Shown here: in pieces, positions 26,245 through 40,272 of the stretch
How the letters are laid out: each line of letters opens with the position of its first letter
How positions within the stretch are numbered: position 1 is the first letter of the stretch
NCBI RefSeq assembly: GCF_006345805.1
Contig: NC_043005.1
Coordinates: 47,182,001 to 47,246,000 of the forward strand
Direction: 5' to 3'
Length of the DNA stretch: 64,000 bases
Source: Octopus sinensis
Taxonomy: Eukaryota
The notes under the pieces: generated by a model
Told to the model about the DNA's origin: nothing
Seen by the model: the letters and a program-made list of their open reading frames with translations, nothing else
The model's database searches: none
Program-made: the position numbers and the translations under genes

Positions 26245-26766
26245 TTTTTTGTTCATATACCACGAGGGGCTTCTAAGTCATATTTGAATTCTTCTGTGAC
26301 ATGAAACGTTGGGACATGCCAGCAGATGCTGTTTAAATCATTTAGCATATAATCATAGTCGGCGATATGGCTTGTAGCGGGCCTGGTTCGGTATGCAGTG
26401 TTGATAAGCCACAACAATGACGAAATGTCGATGTCTCTCGACTATAACTTATTTCAGGTGCTTTTTTACACCAGGAGCAAAGAGAATATATTTTCTTACA
26501 CCTAAAAACCGCAGCCCACCCACAAACTACCAGCACACACACCTCCTGTATGTGTTCGATTTTGCTTTTATACCTCGAGGTTCTTTTAATTCATATTACA
26601 AAACTTAGTGTCAACGTAATAGTTTATTTTAATTCATACTGTGATGTCATTTGTTATTATTTAGATCTCTAACAAGACGTGAAACTTCGTGTATAAATGA
26701 AGTGAATGTTGGAATTTATAAAAATATATACTCTACCACGTGTGCTTGCGGCACCCGGTTCCTAAT

Positions 26767-26767
26767 A

Positions 26768-26801
<34 letters not shown>

Positions 26802-26920
26802 CATACATACATACATACAAACATACATACATACATACATACATACATGCATACATGCATACATGCATACATACATACATACATACATACATACATACAT
26901 ACATACATACATACATACAT
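26767..26920. repeat. (CATA)n microsatellite
   Basis: Directly visible; abuts the RTE 3' end. Confidence 0.97.
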
Positions 26921-27192
26921 GATGGCTGCCCCCTCGTTATCGAGTATGGCCATTGCACGAAGCTTAACTATTATTGGTGCTGTGGTCGAATGTGACTTTT
27001 TAGCCCAGCTAAAGATCTACAATGTCTTGCACAGAACTGGCAACTAAAACCTTTACTGGTAATAGCCGGCTGTAGTTGTAACTGGTCTTCATGTACCTGT
27101 GCATGTCGTTTAAGTCCTCCTGCCGAATTACACTCTCTTCCACATGCCCGACAGATATGATTAGTACGGTGTGTTACACCACCACCAGTGGC
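26921..27192 (-). mobile_element. 5'-truncated RTE-type LINE 3' end with two C2H2-like zinc fingers
   Basis: CRACGRECNSAGGLKRHAQVH and CQFCARHCRSLAGLKSHIR, then a stop, a short 3' UTR with a CTCG-ATAA-CGAG hairpin, and (ATGT)n on both sides. Confidence 0.8.
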
Positions 27193-27469
27193 CATACATA
27201 CATACATACATACATACATACATACATACATACATACATACATGCATATGTGTGTATAGATATCGACATAGATATACACATGTAAGTATTTATGTATCAA
27301 TACGTGTGTATCTATATAAAGTTGTGTGTGTGTGTGTGTGTGTGTTTGTTGAAAGAAGAGTGCGCATAATTTTTCTTTTGTTCAACTGATATCGAATGTT
27401 CGAATTTCACATGTTAGTAGAGCATCTAGTATACTAACTCTTCAGTTTGTTCTTTGTCGTAAGCAAAAA

Positions 27470-28070
27470 ATGGGTGACAAGCAGAAACACCGTACTGTCA
27501 TTGAGTTCTGGACGAAGGCGAGGTGTAGGCTGACAGACATCCACAGAAAGCTATTCACGGAGAGGTTTTTTTCTTTCCGATCTGGTCACTTTCTATGAAA
27601 CCTAGGTGTATCTTTATGATCTAGAAACGAAGGCTTAATACTTTGAATCATACCTCTTCTCCAAGTTCAAGAGCCTGTGATGGATGCTAAAACGCATAAT
27701 GACTGGGGAAAGGATATCATATTCCCTGTTTTTGTGGTCGTAGCTGTACATTTAACAGTTAGCAGTACATTGAAACATTGATTAAGTTTAGAGAGGCCAG
27801 TAGAAGGAAAGAGAGTAAACAAGCATTTGAATACGATCCACATTCACTATAACAATGAGCCACTTAATACATCTTTGACAATTAATTAGGCAATCACCAA
27901 ACTGAGATGGTAAACGATATCCTATCGGCTGTACGTCTCGGGTCTGGCTTCCTCCGACTTCCATCCGTTTGGTCCAATGAAAGATAATATTCGTGGCCAA
28001 CAATTTGATGACACAGGCAGAATGTAGGTGGTTTCAAAGGAGTGGGTAGAAAGAATACAGACCTGAATTA
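27470..28070 (+). mobile_element. Degenerate mariner transposase relic, internally deleted
   Basis: MGDKQKHRTVIEFWTK N-terminus; LVTFYET*VYLYDLETK (like TGDETWV); GLASSDFHPFGPMK (like YSPDLAPSDFHLF). Confidence 0.75.
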
Positions 28071-28269
28071 ATTTAAAGAGGTTCAAAACTTGGTGGTCAA
28101 CAATGGCACAAATGCATCGCTTGTAATGGAGTTTATGTTGAGCAGTACTTTATATAAAGGAAGCGTTACTTTACAATCTTGCGCAATTAAACGGACTGTG
28201 TTATTTAACAGAATTATGACCACTTTTGCATTACTTTCTATAGAAATCTTGTATATATATATATATAAT

Positions 28270-28311
<42 letters not shown>

Positions 28312-28326
28312 AAGTATATATATAAT

Positions 28327-28406
<80 letters not shown>

Positions 28407-29909
28407 GTATGTGTATATATAAATGTGTGTGTGTGTGTGTGGAGAGAGAGGAAAAACATAAGAATGTATTACAGCAGACGGCAAACATGTGGAAACCCAT
28501 TGTATATATATGTGTGTATCTGATCTGGGCCTCCGTAAGAGACGATGGATCTGCACCTAGAAATTTCCTTAATAAAATGTAGGCGTGAAAATATTTCCAT
28601 TTTTTATTTTGTTTATTTATTTATTGTTATGGAAGACCAGCAGTCGCTCATGCGTGCAGTTTTCCTCTCACAAAACCATGGATATTATCCAAAGGGAAAG
28701 GCAATACAACTTTTCCTTCATTTTATCATCGAGCCTCTCCTTTGTGTTCCCTTTCACAACTTGTATTGTATCTCTCTTAGTATGCCTTTTACTTTCCCTA
28801 CTTTCTCTCTCGCTCTCTTTTCCTCATCTCCTTTCAATATCTGTTAATGTTCAAAAGAATATGTAAAATACAATAAGGACATGAAAATGAAATAATGTAA
28901 ATGAAGATCACGCGACCAACGGACACACACACAAAAAAAAATGTTCTGGTTATACGATTACAAAAACAAAATGACACCGGATATGTTTATTGTTAAATTA
29001 CAATTGGATTAGAGCAAAGCAATATAAAGAGATGGCGTGAGTAAAAACGTTGAAGATGTATCATCAACAAAGCTAACAGAAGAAGCAATAACCAAAAGTC
29101 ACTGCAGTTAATGATGCCATTGTCCTCTATCGGAAAGCGTACAAGTAATATTTCCTCTTCTGTATATCGCCACAAATATCTGTCTTAAAACCATAACTTT
29201 ATCCTTTCCTCCTGCTTCCATTTTCTCCTCATCTTTCAATTTCCCATTTCAATCTAAGTCCCCTTCACCAAATGTCTCTAAAATGTCTCTTTCTATCTTT
29301 TTACCTTTTTTTTTTTTTTTTTTTAGTTTTTCCTCTCGAGGAAGTATGAATTTAAATGATTTGTATTGTGTAAGGTTGTTGGTATTATATGAAAGGGGAA
29401 AGAAATCAGATCTGATATAACGTCAATAGATGAAATATATCTGGTAATATCGGAAAATGAAGCTGAATGACAAAAACGTGAGTGAACAAAGAATCGCTTA
29501 TCGTTTGGACTTGTTTGTGACTCTGACACTATGTATCTAGTATGATTTCTTGTCGGTGTAGTGTATCCTTTAAGGATGGTACGAGAATACAGAAGGTGTT
29601 TCAATGATTCTAAAACCTTCTATATTCACATAGACGCATTAAAACTATTTGTTTTCTTTTACACTAATTATTTTTAGCAATTAGTTCAACGCTGCTCCCA
29701 GTCTGTATTTGTTACTGTCTTCGTCCCTCTTCCTCATATTCCTCTCGCTTTGTATAGTTGTTTCATGCACTCCGCTCACCTTTTGTGTGTAACGGAATTT
29801 TGTGAAATGTTTGTGTGTGTGTGTGTGTGTGTATGTGTGTGTATGAGGTTACTCGGAATAAGATAAACCAGGCATTTACTGCGGGAAGCACTCCCTAGGT
29901 AGCTAGGTG

Positions 29910-29952
<43 letters not shown>

Positions 29953-30126
29953 CGTTGCAAGCATAATTAGCCCATTGTAGGCCTACATGTATATAGATAG
30001 ATTGAAGGAAGAGTCATCGTGGAATTGTTGGAACATTGTCCATTATGAAGCAAAATTAATATCATAATCTCCCAACTTCTATTACATACATATTTACATA
30101 GATACATACATAGTTACTTATATGCT

Positions 30127-30163
<37 letters not shown>

Positions 30164-30876
30164 CTCTGTGTGTGTGTGTGTCTCTGTGTGTGTGTTTGTG
30201 TGTATACACGCATATATATATATACATATGTGTGTAAAAGGGCGTCATATTCATGCACCTTAGAAAATTTGTAAACTTTTAAAATGTCAAATCAGAGAAC
30301 TTCAGCAAATGTTGACACTGCGATAACTATTTACGATAACTATTTGCTGACATACTACACAAACTAAATGAACTGATTAATAGTTAATACACCGGCAATT
30401 ACTATTATCAATTCAAAATGACAAACAACAACATGCATTGTCAAACTATACCTTTATTTCCCACGTATACTCTCCTTCCTTTACCATATAGAAATTAGTC
30501 GCAGTTTATTTTCATTTCTTCCCAAACCAATCAGAATAACGTTCATTTCTAGGCAACTTTTAGGAAGTAATGAGTTATGCATTTTGTCAAAACTTTATCA
30601 CATATTGCAAGACAAGACAAGAAACATTGTCGATGAAGAAAAGTAACTTGCGATTATATACTTCAAACCACGAGGTAGTATTAGCAGAACGATTACGCCT
30701 ACTCTCTCTCTTAACACACGCACACATGCACGCACACACACACACACACACCTTTTATATGCATGCACGTATGTATGTATGCATATGTGAATGTATGTAT
30801 CTACCTAAATGTATATGTACTGTATATGAATATATGTATCTACCTAAATATATATGTACTGTATTATGAAATATGG

Positions 30877-30913
<37 letters not shown>

Positions 30914-31221
30914 GTATACATATATATTATATATATGTGCGTATAATATATATTGTATATATAATATATACATATGTGCATATATATACAGACATATATA
31001 CATATATATATAGACATATAGACATATATATATATAGACATATATACATATATGCATATATATATATAAATACATATATACATGGATATATGTATATATA
31101 TATTATACATATATACATATATGCATATGTTATATACATATGTACATACATGCATATATATACATACATATACATATATATGATATATATATATATTGAA
31201 ATACATACATATAGATATATG

Positions 31222-31255
<34 letters not shown>

Positions 31256-31404
31256 ATATAATATATATATTATATAGATAATATATATGTAAATGCATAC
31301 ATACAAATATATATAAAATATAAAAGAGGAGGTCGATATATATATATAGAAAGAGAGATAGATACATACATACATACATACATACATTCATGCATTCATA
31401 TCGT

Positions 31405-31664
31405 CTTGACCACGTGACCGAACAAACGAGAAGTTCTTGTTACACATCGCTGATCACAATGCGCTTTGCATCGTTTTAAACTTTGTATGACGCCACCTCG
31501 CTGGCTAAGTGAACAGGCCAACTTCACCACCTGATCGAAAGGTGGACTGGAGCAACAAGAAAATAAATGTTTTACTCAAGAACAAAAACACGCTCACTGA
31601 TCGGGGAATTGCACCCACGATCTAGTGGTCGCCAGTGCAACTGCCTGACCACTAGGCCAAGCGC
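31405..31664 (-). mobile_element. tRNA/CORE-type SINE, tail variant 3
   Basis: Minus strand GCGCTTGGCCTAGTGG (A box)...GGTGCAATTCC (B-box-like)...TTCTTGAGTAAAACATTT...TTGCTCCAGTCCAC. Confidence 0.75.
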
Positions 31665-31748
31665 TTTACACACACACACGCAAGCACACAGAAGCACATA
31701 TACACACACACATATTATGTATATACATAGATAAATACATTATGTATA

Positions 31749-31791
<43 letters not shown>

Positions 31792-32730
31792 GAAAGAGAG
31801 AGATATATATTTATCTTTGTGTGCGTATGTGCACTCCTATATGTATAGGAATGAATGAGATAGAGAGAAGAGAATTGAATAGAATATAGCAGTAAATATT
31901 TCTTGAACATCTTTCTTGCTCTCAAAGTAATCCGATTACATGCAAATGAAATGCAAAAGAAGTGGTCTTTAATACATACCGTTTTGCGGGGATATTCAAT
32001 GACCAACAATTTTCTTTATATTTTATCCCCAATTGTGTATAAAAGTAATAAATTATTTATGAATATATAGGTAAATATTGGTAGCAAAACACTACGAATA
32101 TTTTTACGTTTACTTTATCGACATCTTGCATTTATTTATTCTATTTTTTCTTTACTTCTGTTCATTGATTGCTCCAATTTCAACGGTGGACAATGAAAAT
32201 AATTATACCGTTGAATTACTTAAGCTTATACGTCACACGCATACTTAGACACACCTACACCACACGGATACACACACACACCCGTGCATGCTTGCAACGA
32301 ACACACGTATATTTATATTTATATACAAATGTTTTTCTATGCGCGGGCACATGAAAATGTCCCATAAATAAGGCAGTATTTATAGATGTGCTTTGTAATC
32401 GAAAATCTGACATCTATTGAATACATTTGAGAGTTTTTCTATCTAATGTCCAAATAGTTCGTGGCCTTCTTTATAATGCAACTCATGACTTTCAGCAGTT
32501 TGACAGTATCTCAATGCAACGTCCACACACACATTATCATACACACATTATTCAATGTTAACTTCTCGAATTTTTGTTTGACGTTTTCCTCAGAAAAAAG
32601 AATAGGGACATTTTTTTGAAAAGAAGCTGGCGCGGTTCATGTATTTGATTCAGGTGTATTAGGGATACTTTAGCTGAAAAGAAGTGACAACCTGTCAAGT
32701 CATTAACATCTTTATATACATCTTTATCAA

Positions 32731-33064
32731 TCTGCTAGCAGTATCGCTCGGCGTTGCTCGGGTTTGTTTCGACCCTTTAGAATTAGAATTTTTGAAAAGT
32801 AAAAATTTTGCATTATGTAGCTTGTTATTCTCTTTAAGTGAACATTTTTCTGGTTGAAATACACCGAAAAATAGCGACACAACAGTAAAAAAATCGTAAA
32901 AATGTTCCGATTTGAATTTTATCTTCTACGAAATGAAGAGCAAGCCTTCTTCTATCATACTCTCAATTTTGGTCAACTTGTGCGGGGGTCTCGGAGGAGA
33001 TAGTGTTAGTTGAAGGCTACCAAACCTGCCACACAGACAACTTCAGCTTTATATATATAGATTT
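32731..33064 (+). mobile_element. Non-autonomous Helitron/DINE-1-like element
   Basis: Starts CTAGCAGTATCGCTCGGCGTTGCTCGGG (subterminal hairpin) and ends CACACAGACAACTTCAGCTTTATATATATAGATT, the layout of Lep1/DINE-type elements. Confidence 0.55.
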
Positions 33065-33990
33065 AACTGTCTTACCAGCTATCTACCTAATACACACACA
33101 CACACAAATTATTTATAAGATTCATTAGAGTCTAGGGGCATCAACACGTAGGACGCCAGGACTAGCTAGGTATCATAACATTAACTTCACAGTAACGTAA
33201 AAGAACTAGGTATCAAAGAAGAAAACAGGTAAATTTATACAGTTGTTTCGGTAGCATTTTATTGGTGCATTCATACATTACATCATAGCATAAATCCACT
33301 ATTCGCACTTAGGAAGTGTGATAGGGGTATGATGATATGATACAAATTCGGGAGTACCGACCGATTACATAGCTTTTGATCCTCAACTGGTTCTCCATTT
33401 TATTGATCCTGGAACGATATATTGAAATATTTACATCGGTCAGATTTCAAACGATAAAACCTGAAAGACCGCATGTAACTACTACACTGTACTTGTTCTG
33501 CCAGTCAACACCACTTACCTCTAAATATGGCACAAACTGACGTACTTCATTGCTGTAATTATCAGTAAATCTGCATACTTATATTATAAATCTGCTTGTC
33601 ACTCCGTTTGTAAGGTAGCACGTGCTCTACGTTCTGTCTGCTTACCATTGCTCTTGTTTGGCTCGAGTTACCACACGAGTTAGTGGTAAAGCCATGTAAA
33701 TCCAGAACATATAGAGAAAGCTTTTTAATGACTATAAAATGGACTTAAGGGTAAATATTAGTTTCTAAATTATTACATTTGCGAATTGTTAGTTTGCTGA
33801 TGCTTTTCTCGCTAACTTTTATATTGGTAGGTTTGCTTGGGTTTCTATAGTGGATTTTTATGACATCACAACTTTTGGTTTTAGCATATTTGTACCATTG
33901 TCATTCATATTTTAGTTATATAAAGAGCGTATTTAAGTAAATAAATACATTTGATTACATAAGGAAATCTCTCTCTCTCTCTCTCTCTCT

Positions 33991-34025
<35 letters not shown>

Positions 34026-34134
34026 ACACACACACACGCAAAAGAGCACATTTAAATTATATTATTGCATTCAAAACAAGTAGATTGTTGATTTTGATTT
34101 GATCCACTCCGATCATAAACAGCCATTAATGACA

Positions 34135-34730
34135 GGAATGGTGTTTGATCAGAAATTATCTTAAAGTAACATACGCACCAGGAAGTATTGCTCTGCGTCG
34201 AAGAATGCTTTCAGTGCGACCTACTGAATAATTTCCGTAGGAGCAGAAATTATTTTTTAAATATGCAATATAAGAATGTCATAAAGATTTCCCACTCTAT
34301 GGAATATATGCGGGTCCAGCTAGTTAGCAACTATTTCGTTAGGTTCTCGTTTTGAAATTCATCTCATCATGCCTATCTATTTGGCAAAGGGATTTACTTA
34401 AGCTGACTCTATCTTGACACAAATTCTTCTCCAATTATATGAATAAGTCGGTTATCGGATGCACCTTGGTATCGCTGGTTCTTACTTCCTTTAAATGGGA
34501 CAAATTTCATCTGGCCGTATTGATATTGCATCAGACATTAACAATAGGAATTAGGAGTTTGCATCCTATTTCCTCTAGAGTACTTAGTGAGAGGCAAAAC
34601 ACTTAATATGGACTACCTATGGCTGTAAATTAGTACAATGTGTAGGCCAGCTCATCATTGTACGTAATAAATGTGCAAATAGAAATGGAAGGCAAATTGA
34701 AATCCATTAAGATTTAAATGCAAGCAACGA
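34135..34730 (+). mobile_element. Highly degenerate I/Nimb-like LINE 3' relic
   Basis: GMVFDQKLS* (like LGxxFDxKLTW) and MHLGIAG (like the RNase H motif HVGIxGNE) in broken frames. Confidence 0.4.
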
Positions 34731-35285
34731 GAAGCACAGCATTTGTGACAGAATATCAACTTGGGCAGGTCTTTAATTTTTGTACTAATAAAAATGCCAT
34801 AGATTTATAGACAGTAATATGTTGTTTCTTACTCATAATAAGTAGAAGTTTGGAAGGAAATAGATATTATTTCTTGCATTGCATGGTTAGACAGATTTCT
34901 TTTTAACGAGGGCATCTATGGGATCAAGAACAATGGAACAGATGTATTTGAGCTCTAAGGAAGGCTATTAGTTAGACAGCCAATTCTTCTTTAACTCGAA
35001 AGAAAGTAGTAATGATAGTTGGGACTATACTGAAGGAACTGGCAGGTGAATGGTTGACACTTTCAGATAGCGAATCATTGTAATATTTAATACATTTACC
35101 ACGAAGATGATAGCTGAAACGAATCTGCCGAAAGAAAACTCTTTCTTTGTCATGTTCCACTTGACCTCGATAATACAAGTGTCCTTTTGGAAGCCTGATA
35201 GTGCTCCGTTCTACATAAGCCAATAGCCAAATATAAGTTGAGCAGTATTACACAAGTAACATGTATCATAAAGCGAACCAGCCAG

Positions 35286-35482
<197 letters not shown>

Positions 35483-36031
35483 ATACCTATCCACCCCAGC
35501 CTTGAAACATTAATAGTAAACTAGTTAATCCTTTACTAACTCAGTAAACAAACGTCACACGCTCACTAAAATAAACACATCGTTGCACACTGATTCAGCA
35601 TACATACACACATACACACACACACACACACGTACATATAAAATGAAACAGCATATACAAACGGTACTAACATTCATAAACAGATCAAGCAAATAATTCA
35701 ACAGTAAAGAAAACGTTGTCACCTCAATGGAAATGTTGATAGGATATTAAAGTAGCAAAGATGTAGATTACAGATTCAGATTCGGTGTTTGTAAAAGAGA
35801 ATAGAATGGGAACCAGAGTTAATAATTTTCACTAATTTGTTCGGTTTATTACTGAACAAAATATGTAGAAGTCGAATTTACGGTATCAAATGCATAGTCT
35901 TTAAAATAAGTACTCGGCAGTGAGGAAAGAACATGATTCAAATCAACCGGTTATAACTTGTCATCAACAAAAGTTGGCATTGTCTCGCGTTTAAAAAGAA
36001 ACAAACAAAAATCCAAATTATTATTATTATT

Positions 36032-36564
36032 GAGTGAGAGAGCAGTTCATGCCATCAAAGTGACACTGGGGTAAAATATACGAAGCCTAATATACCCATC
36101 ATGACTACCCGTCTGATAAAGGTACACCAGGCACATGCATCACAACCATATGTGCGACATGGTGATCTCATATCAAGATAAACAGCACATGACCTGCAGG
36201 TGGGGCCCAGTTGAATTTTCTTCAGGTTGAGTAGCCCATCCCGCTCAAACGGTCCCCGAATAAGGGTTGTTAAGGATGTTGAAAGAACCACCATGTTTCC
36301 AGAGGTGAACTATTCAAACCCCAAAGCATCCCTCTCAACACATGGCTATGATGCTCCCCCACTACTTCTGCTCGTGATCAGAGATGCACATATCGTCAGC
36401 CACTAAGGGACATGCTCAACTGGTTAAGGTCAAACAACTGACAAGCAAATCTGTGGTATTGAGCAGAATATTTGCTGTAGCCCATCTTTTATACCAAGAC
36501 AAAACAATGTACATGATAACACTTCCAATCAATTAAGATCAGAAGCCATGAGAGCCACTGCCTG
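36032..36564 (-). mobile_element. About 530-bp non-coding non-autonomous element flanked by (TAA)n on both sides
   Basis: No long meaningful ORF and no tRNA boxes seen; (ATT)n at 36018-36031 and from 36565; second partial copy at 2088. Confidence 0.75.
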
Positions 36565-36627
36565 ATTATTATTATTATTATTATTATTATTCTTATTATT
36601 ATTTTTATTATTTTTTATTATTTTTTT

Positions 36628-37807
36628 ATGAAATAACTATTCAATATTTGGTAGATTGAGGCAAATTTCTACTGCATCACCTGCTACATCTCCGTGTTGT
36701 TGGGGTATGTGCAGCATTGTACATTCTTTTCTGCTGTTGGAAGTATGAAAACTCTTCCCGGTACTGTATTGTGTTAGATTTTTTTCTCTTGAGGTGTGGT
36801 GCAGTTTTTTGTTATTTTATTGCTTGTATTGTGTGTTCAATGTGTAATGCTTTGGTTTTTCTGGATTGCTGGTGGAAGTTTATTTCACTGGGTAAATGCT
36901 GAACAGAATGTCTGGTATTTGTGGATTGTTTGGTTTAGGTTGTATCACTGGAGTCATAGTGTCTTGCGTAGAATGTGGGCTGTTCCTAGCAGGGCTATTT
37001 TTTGGACAATGTTTAGTGTTGAGGATCCAGGTATTGCTTCTATATTTTTGTTCGTATGTTTTTTATCAAGCCCAATGCTCCAATTATTATTGGTATTGTT
37101 TTTATCTTCATGCCCCTCATTTTGAATACTGCAATTTCGAGATCTTTGTACTTTGAAAATTTGTCCACTTCCTTTTTGACAATATTCTGATCAGAAGGTA
37201 TTGCAATGTCTAAAAGCAGGTGTCCCCACCCCCACTAATCCTTGACTATTTTGTCTGGACGATTAGCTTTTATTTCTTTGTCGATTCGCACCGGCATATC
37301 CCAGATGATTTTGGCCTGGATGTTGTCATGTCTTGCTTGGCACATTCTTGTACCACCTGTTGTCAGTTTTGATGTTGTAATGTTGGTATATTATCCCGTG
37401 GATATAACTGCTTACTTTGTTGTGTCTGTATATATATTCAGACTTGGCAAGGACTAGGCAGCCAGAGATGATGTGGTCAACTGTCTCATTGTGCTAGCTG
37501 CGTATTCTGCATTTGGTGTTGAGGCTTGTTTTCATTATTTTGTCACTTCCTCTCTGTTAAGGGTAGTGGCCATGAAGTGATTTTTCTCTCCATTTCTTCT
37601 TCAATATCTTTTGTAATTCAGTTTCCATGTTGTTTTTTGTCTCTTTGACCATTTCTGCTATGTTGTCATCTGAGGTCAGTGTAGTTTGTTTCTGTTTTGT
37701 ATTTAGTCACCTCCTTGTGTATAGAGAAAAGTGTTTTTTTTCCCCCTCGGGTTGCTTTACTACATGCAGTAGTCTTCACTCTTTGCTTCGAAATACTTTG
37801 CCAGTCC
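36628..37807 (-). mobile_element. 5'-truncated R4/Dong-like LINE with CCHC and restriction-like endonuclease, (TAA)n at both ends
   Basis: WREKSLHGHYP, ETVDHIISGCLVLAKSEYIYRHNKV, WDMPVRIDKEIKANRPD and KYKDLEIAVFKM...IPIIIGALG on the minus strand; many stops and frameshifts. Confidence 0.9.
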
Positions 37808-38868
37808 TATTATTATTGTTGTTGTTAACAGCGATATCAGCTTTACATATTTATGCATGCACTGTACGATTAGAGGAAAATGAAAGTCTTTTAAACGTTC
37901 GATGGGTGTCACGTGAGAAATATCATCTGAAAATCAATCACGAAATTGAATTAAAAACAGACGGACACAGAAAACATATTATATGTTGATGACTCGGCCT
38001 CTATCGTTGCTTTACTTGTGTCGACAATCGTACTTATGATGATATAGTTTCTATACTTTCGGCAACAGTAGAAACAATGTTCTTTAATTGATTTACCGAA
38101 TTATATAACAATAAAAGTGAATGTATGTGTGCATGTCCTTTATACGAACGCACTGGAATACAAGTAACTATAATGGATGACTTGTTCAATGGAGTTTATA
38201 AAACAATTTAGTTAATATGAACATGTTTAAAATGTTAAGACTATTATCTCTATTATTCTAATAATTTCTCTGACAATGATCATTTCCCCATGATGACATA
38301 TTCTGATTGGATTATCTCCAAATAAAATTAAGAAACACACTAAGGAAGACAGTTTTAAAAACTTCCCTTAATCTAGGTGTAAAGATAAAGACATCTCCCA
38401 TTTATTCCCTTGCAACCCTAAATTCTATTCTGCAACTATTTATCATTTTGTAAGGCAGATTGAAGTCAATTAAAGTAACTCGTTATTGGCAGCTGGTATC
38501 CATGAGTTTGTGTCGATAATACTTTTGTTTCAACGGTTTACTAGCTGTTAAACGCTTAAATATGCCTTAAGCACTATAAATTTTATAATTCTTGTAAAGA
38601 ACAGTTGTTATAATTCCTTTACGTTAGGTGTACCGAAGTCTTTATATTGAACTAATTTTTTAAAATTATCGGAAGAATTGTGATATATTTAACCACCTTG
38701 TGGTTTAAGTCTTCCAATAGTCTTCAAGAAATGCTCTCCCCCTGGAAACTTTCAAGCACGCTTTTTGCTATATAGATAACTAGTAAATTCATATGACACT
38801 CACTTTATTTATGTTCTACTTTAAAAACCCTTTTGAAAAATATATTTCTTGAATTGTATTGTAATCCT

Positions 38869-39072
38869 GTGGTTTAATGGTAAGGGGTGTTGGATTCATA
38901 ATTATAAGATTGTGGCCTCGATTCCTGGACTGGGCAAGGCATTGTGCTCTTCATCAAAATATTTCTTTTCACGTTGCTCCAGCCTATTGAGCCGGCAAAA
39001 TAAATAATCTTGCAACGGACCGGCGTTCCCACCCCGCAAAAATAAAAAGATATAAACCGGGAAACCAGCCAC
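38869..39072 (+). mobile_element. tRNA/CORE-type SINE, tail variant 2, degenerate
   Basis: GTGGTTTAATGG...CTCGATTCC...TTTCACGTTGCTCCAG...AAACCGGGAAACC. Confidence 0.7.
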
Positions 39073-40237
39073 AAAAGTCTTCGTTTTCGAAGAGGTTTAC
39101 ACATTTAAAATGTATAGTAACAAAGTGAATTAAACCACTAATGTATGTGAATTGACATGCTTCTGAGACTGGGACTTGGGATAAAACGTAAAGCTATACG
39201 GAAAACATTCTACATCACATCAGTTTAACACCAAAAAGCTTCACTAAACATTAAACCCTCTGAATTTTAAAAGGCTATTTGAGAGGGTTTAATATCACTT
39301 TTTATAGTTATATGTGGTTGGCTGTTTAGGAACTGAGACAAAAGTTCTGAAATTGATTTCAAACAACGAAAATAAAATCCTTGTGTATGAGGGGAGAGAG
39401 AGAGAGAGAATTCCTTTAGTTCGAATTAGGTATAACCACTTTTTTTTCGGATACAGGTGAAATAAGTCCAAGTTTATCAAAAGTGGAGAAGTAACTCGGG
39501 CAGGGATGCCGGAATGAGTCTATTACTTCACAAATGTATTTTAAGTTCCATAGGTCTTCTGTGAAATTCTGCAAGAATCAACCCTTTTTAACCAACTCGC
39601 AATATACTGACATCCTATCCAAATAAAAATGAATCGTTCATGATAATCACAACATAAACTCTAACAGACGATTTAGATATATATTCTAACTTTGCCGATC
39701 AGGAAAGAGAATTAAAAATGCTACTATTACGCTACTGAAATCAACATCAATTTCCGCCAAATTTCAAATAGAAATTCTCCAACACTCATTCTTATAGTAT
39801 AGAGCAGCCAATACGTTGTTATGCCATTGAACCATTCTCTGTATATCAAGAATTATCTGTATATCAAGAATTATAATGAATAAAACAAATCTTTAAATAA
39901 AATCATATCTAAATTCCTGTAATGTGTACAGCCAGTTTAATGAAATATATGTCATGCCATAAGATGATGTTAAGATTCAATTAGCGAAGAATTCTTTAGG
40001 TATAAACATTCCATTTCAGTCTAATGCTTTTACTCCAGGAAATAACATATAATCTGTACATTATGTTTTGGGACGTATCTTCAAGGAAACAGCTCATACA
40101 CTTCTTCACCTTATGTCGTAATATCTGATGATTGGAATTATTCTAAGGTATAAAGTTTTCCTATACATACATACACACATGCGCACACACAAATATGTAT
40201 TTATACATATACACATATATAATCATGTGCCTAGGTA

Positions 40238-40272
<35 letters not shown>

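Noticed and set aside
26971-27300. C2H2 zinc-finger ORF as part of a host ZNF gene
   Set aside because: It runs into an RTE-type 3' tail, lies between (CATA)n tracts and has no TGEKP linkers or splice sites; better explained as a LINE end
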